Shown: piece after piece, positions 63,962 to 64,000 of the stretch
How the letters are laid out: each line of letters opens with the position of its first letter
How positions within the stretch are numbered: position 1 is the stretch's first letter
NCBI RefSeq assembly: GCF_002571385.2
Contig: NW_019217790.1
Span: 783,180-847,179, forward strand
Length of the DNA: 64,000 nt
From: Stylophora pistillata
Taxonomy: Eukaryota
Reading direction: 5' to 3'
Notes under the pieces: model-generated
Databases searched by the model: none
Seen by the model: the letters and a program-made list of their open reading frames with translations, nothing else
Told to the model about the DNA's origin: nothing
Made by a program: the position numbers and the translations under genes

Positions 63962-64000
63962 AATACTGTATGTATCTCAGGGCAGTACTCTTCACTTGAT

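Overview
Eukaryotic, AT-rich, intron-containing DNA. The repeat families (Penelope elements with minimal hammerhead ribozymes, tRNA-derived SINEs, many MITEs, CR1/L2-like LINEs) suggest a cnidarian, probably a stony coral; this is an inference. Genes reconstructed by hand from splice sites: (1) an activin/BMP type II receptor-like gene (- strand) with intact signal peptide, three-finger ectodomain and TM helix, but a decayed kinase that stops before the catalytic loop (candidate decoy receptor); (2) ADAT2, head-to-head with (3) a 20-exon argininosuccinate lyase (ASL); (4) two galactose-3-O-sulfotransferase-like genes, one with a GC-AG intron and one with an in-frame TAG ahead of a conserved C-terminus; (5) three co-oriented - strand genes resembling an innate-immune cluster: a phospholipid scramblase, an IFI44-like GTPase with GAS/kB/ISRE-like promoter motifs, and a small PIN/NYN-like + C2H2 protein; (6) the last two exons of Rab6. 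Mobile DNA includes a young Penelope element (RT + GIY-YIG, hammerhead, 11-bp TSD) nested in a MITE, short hammerhead-bearing and tRNA-bearing elements with the same Penelope-type insertion footprint, a nested MITE/Gypsy/LINE cluster, SINEs and foldback MITEs. All homology calls come from motif recognition, with no database search.
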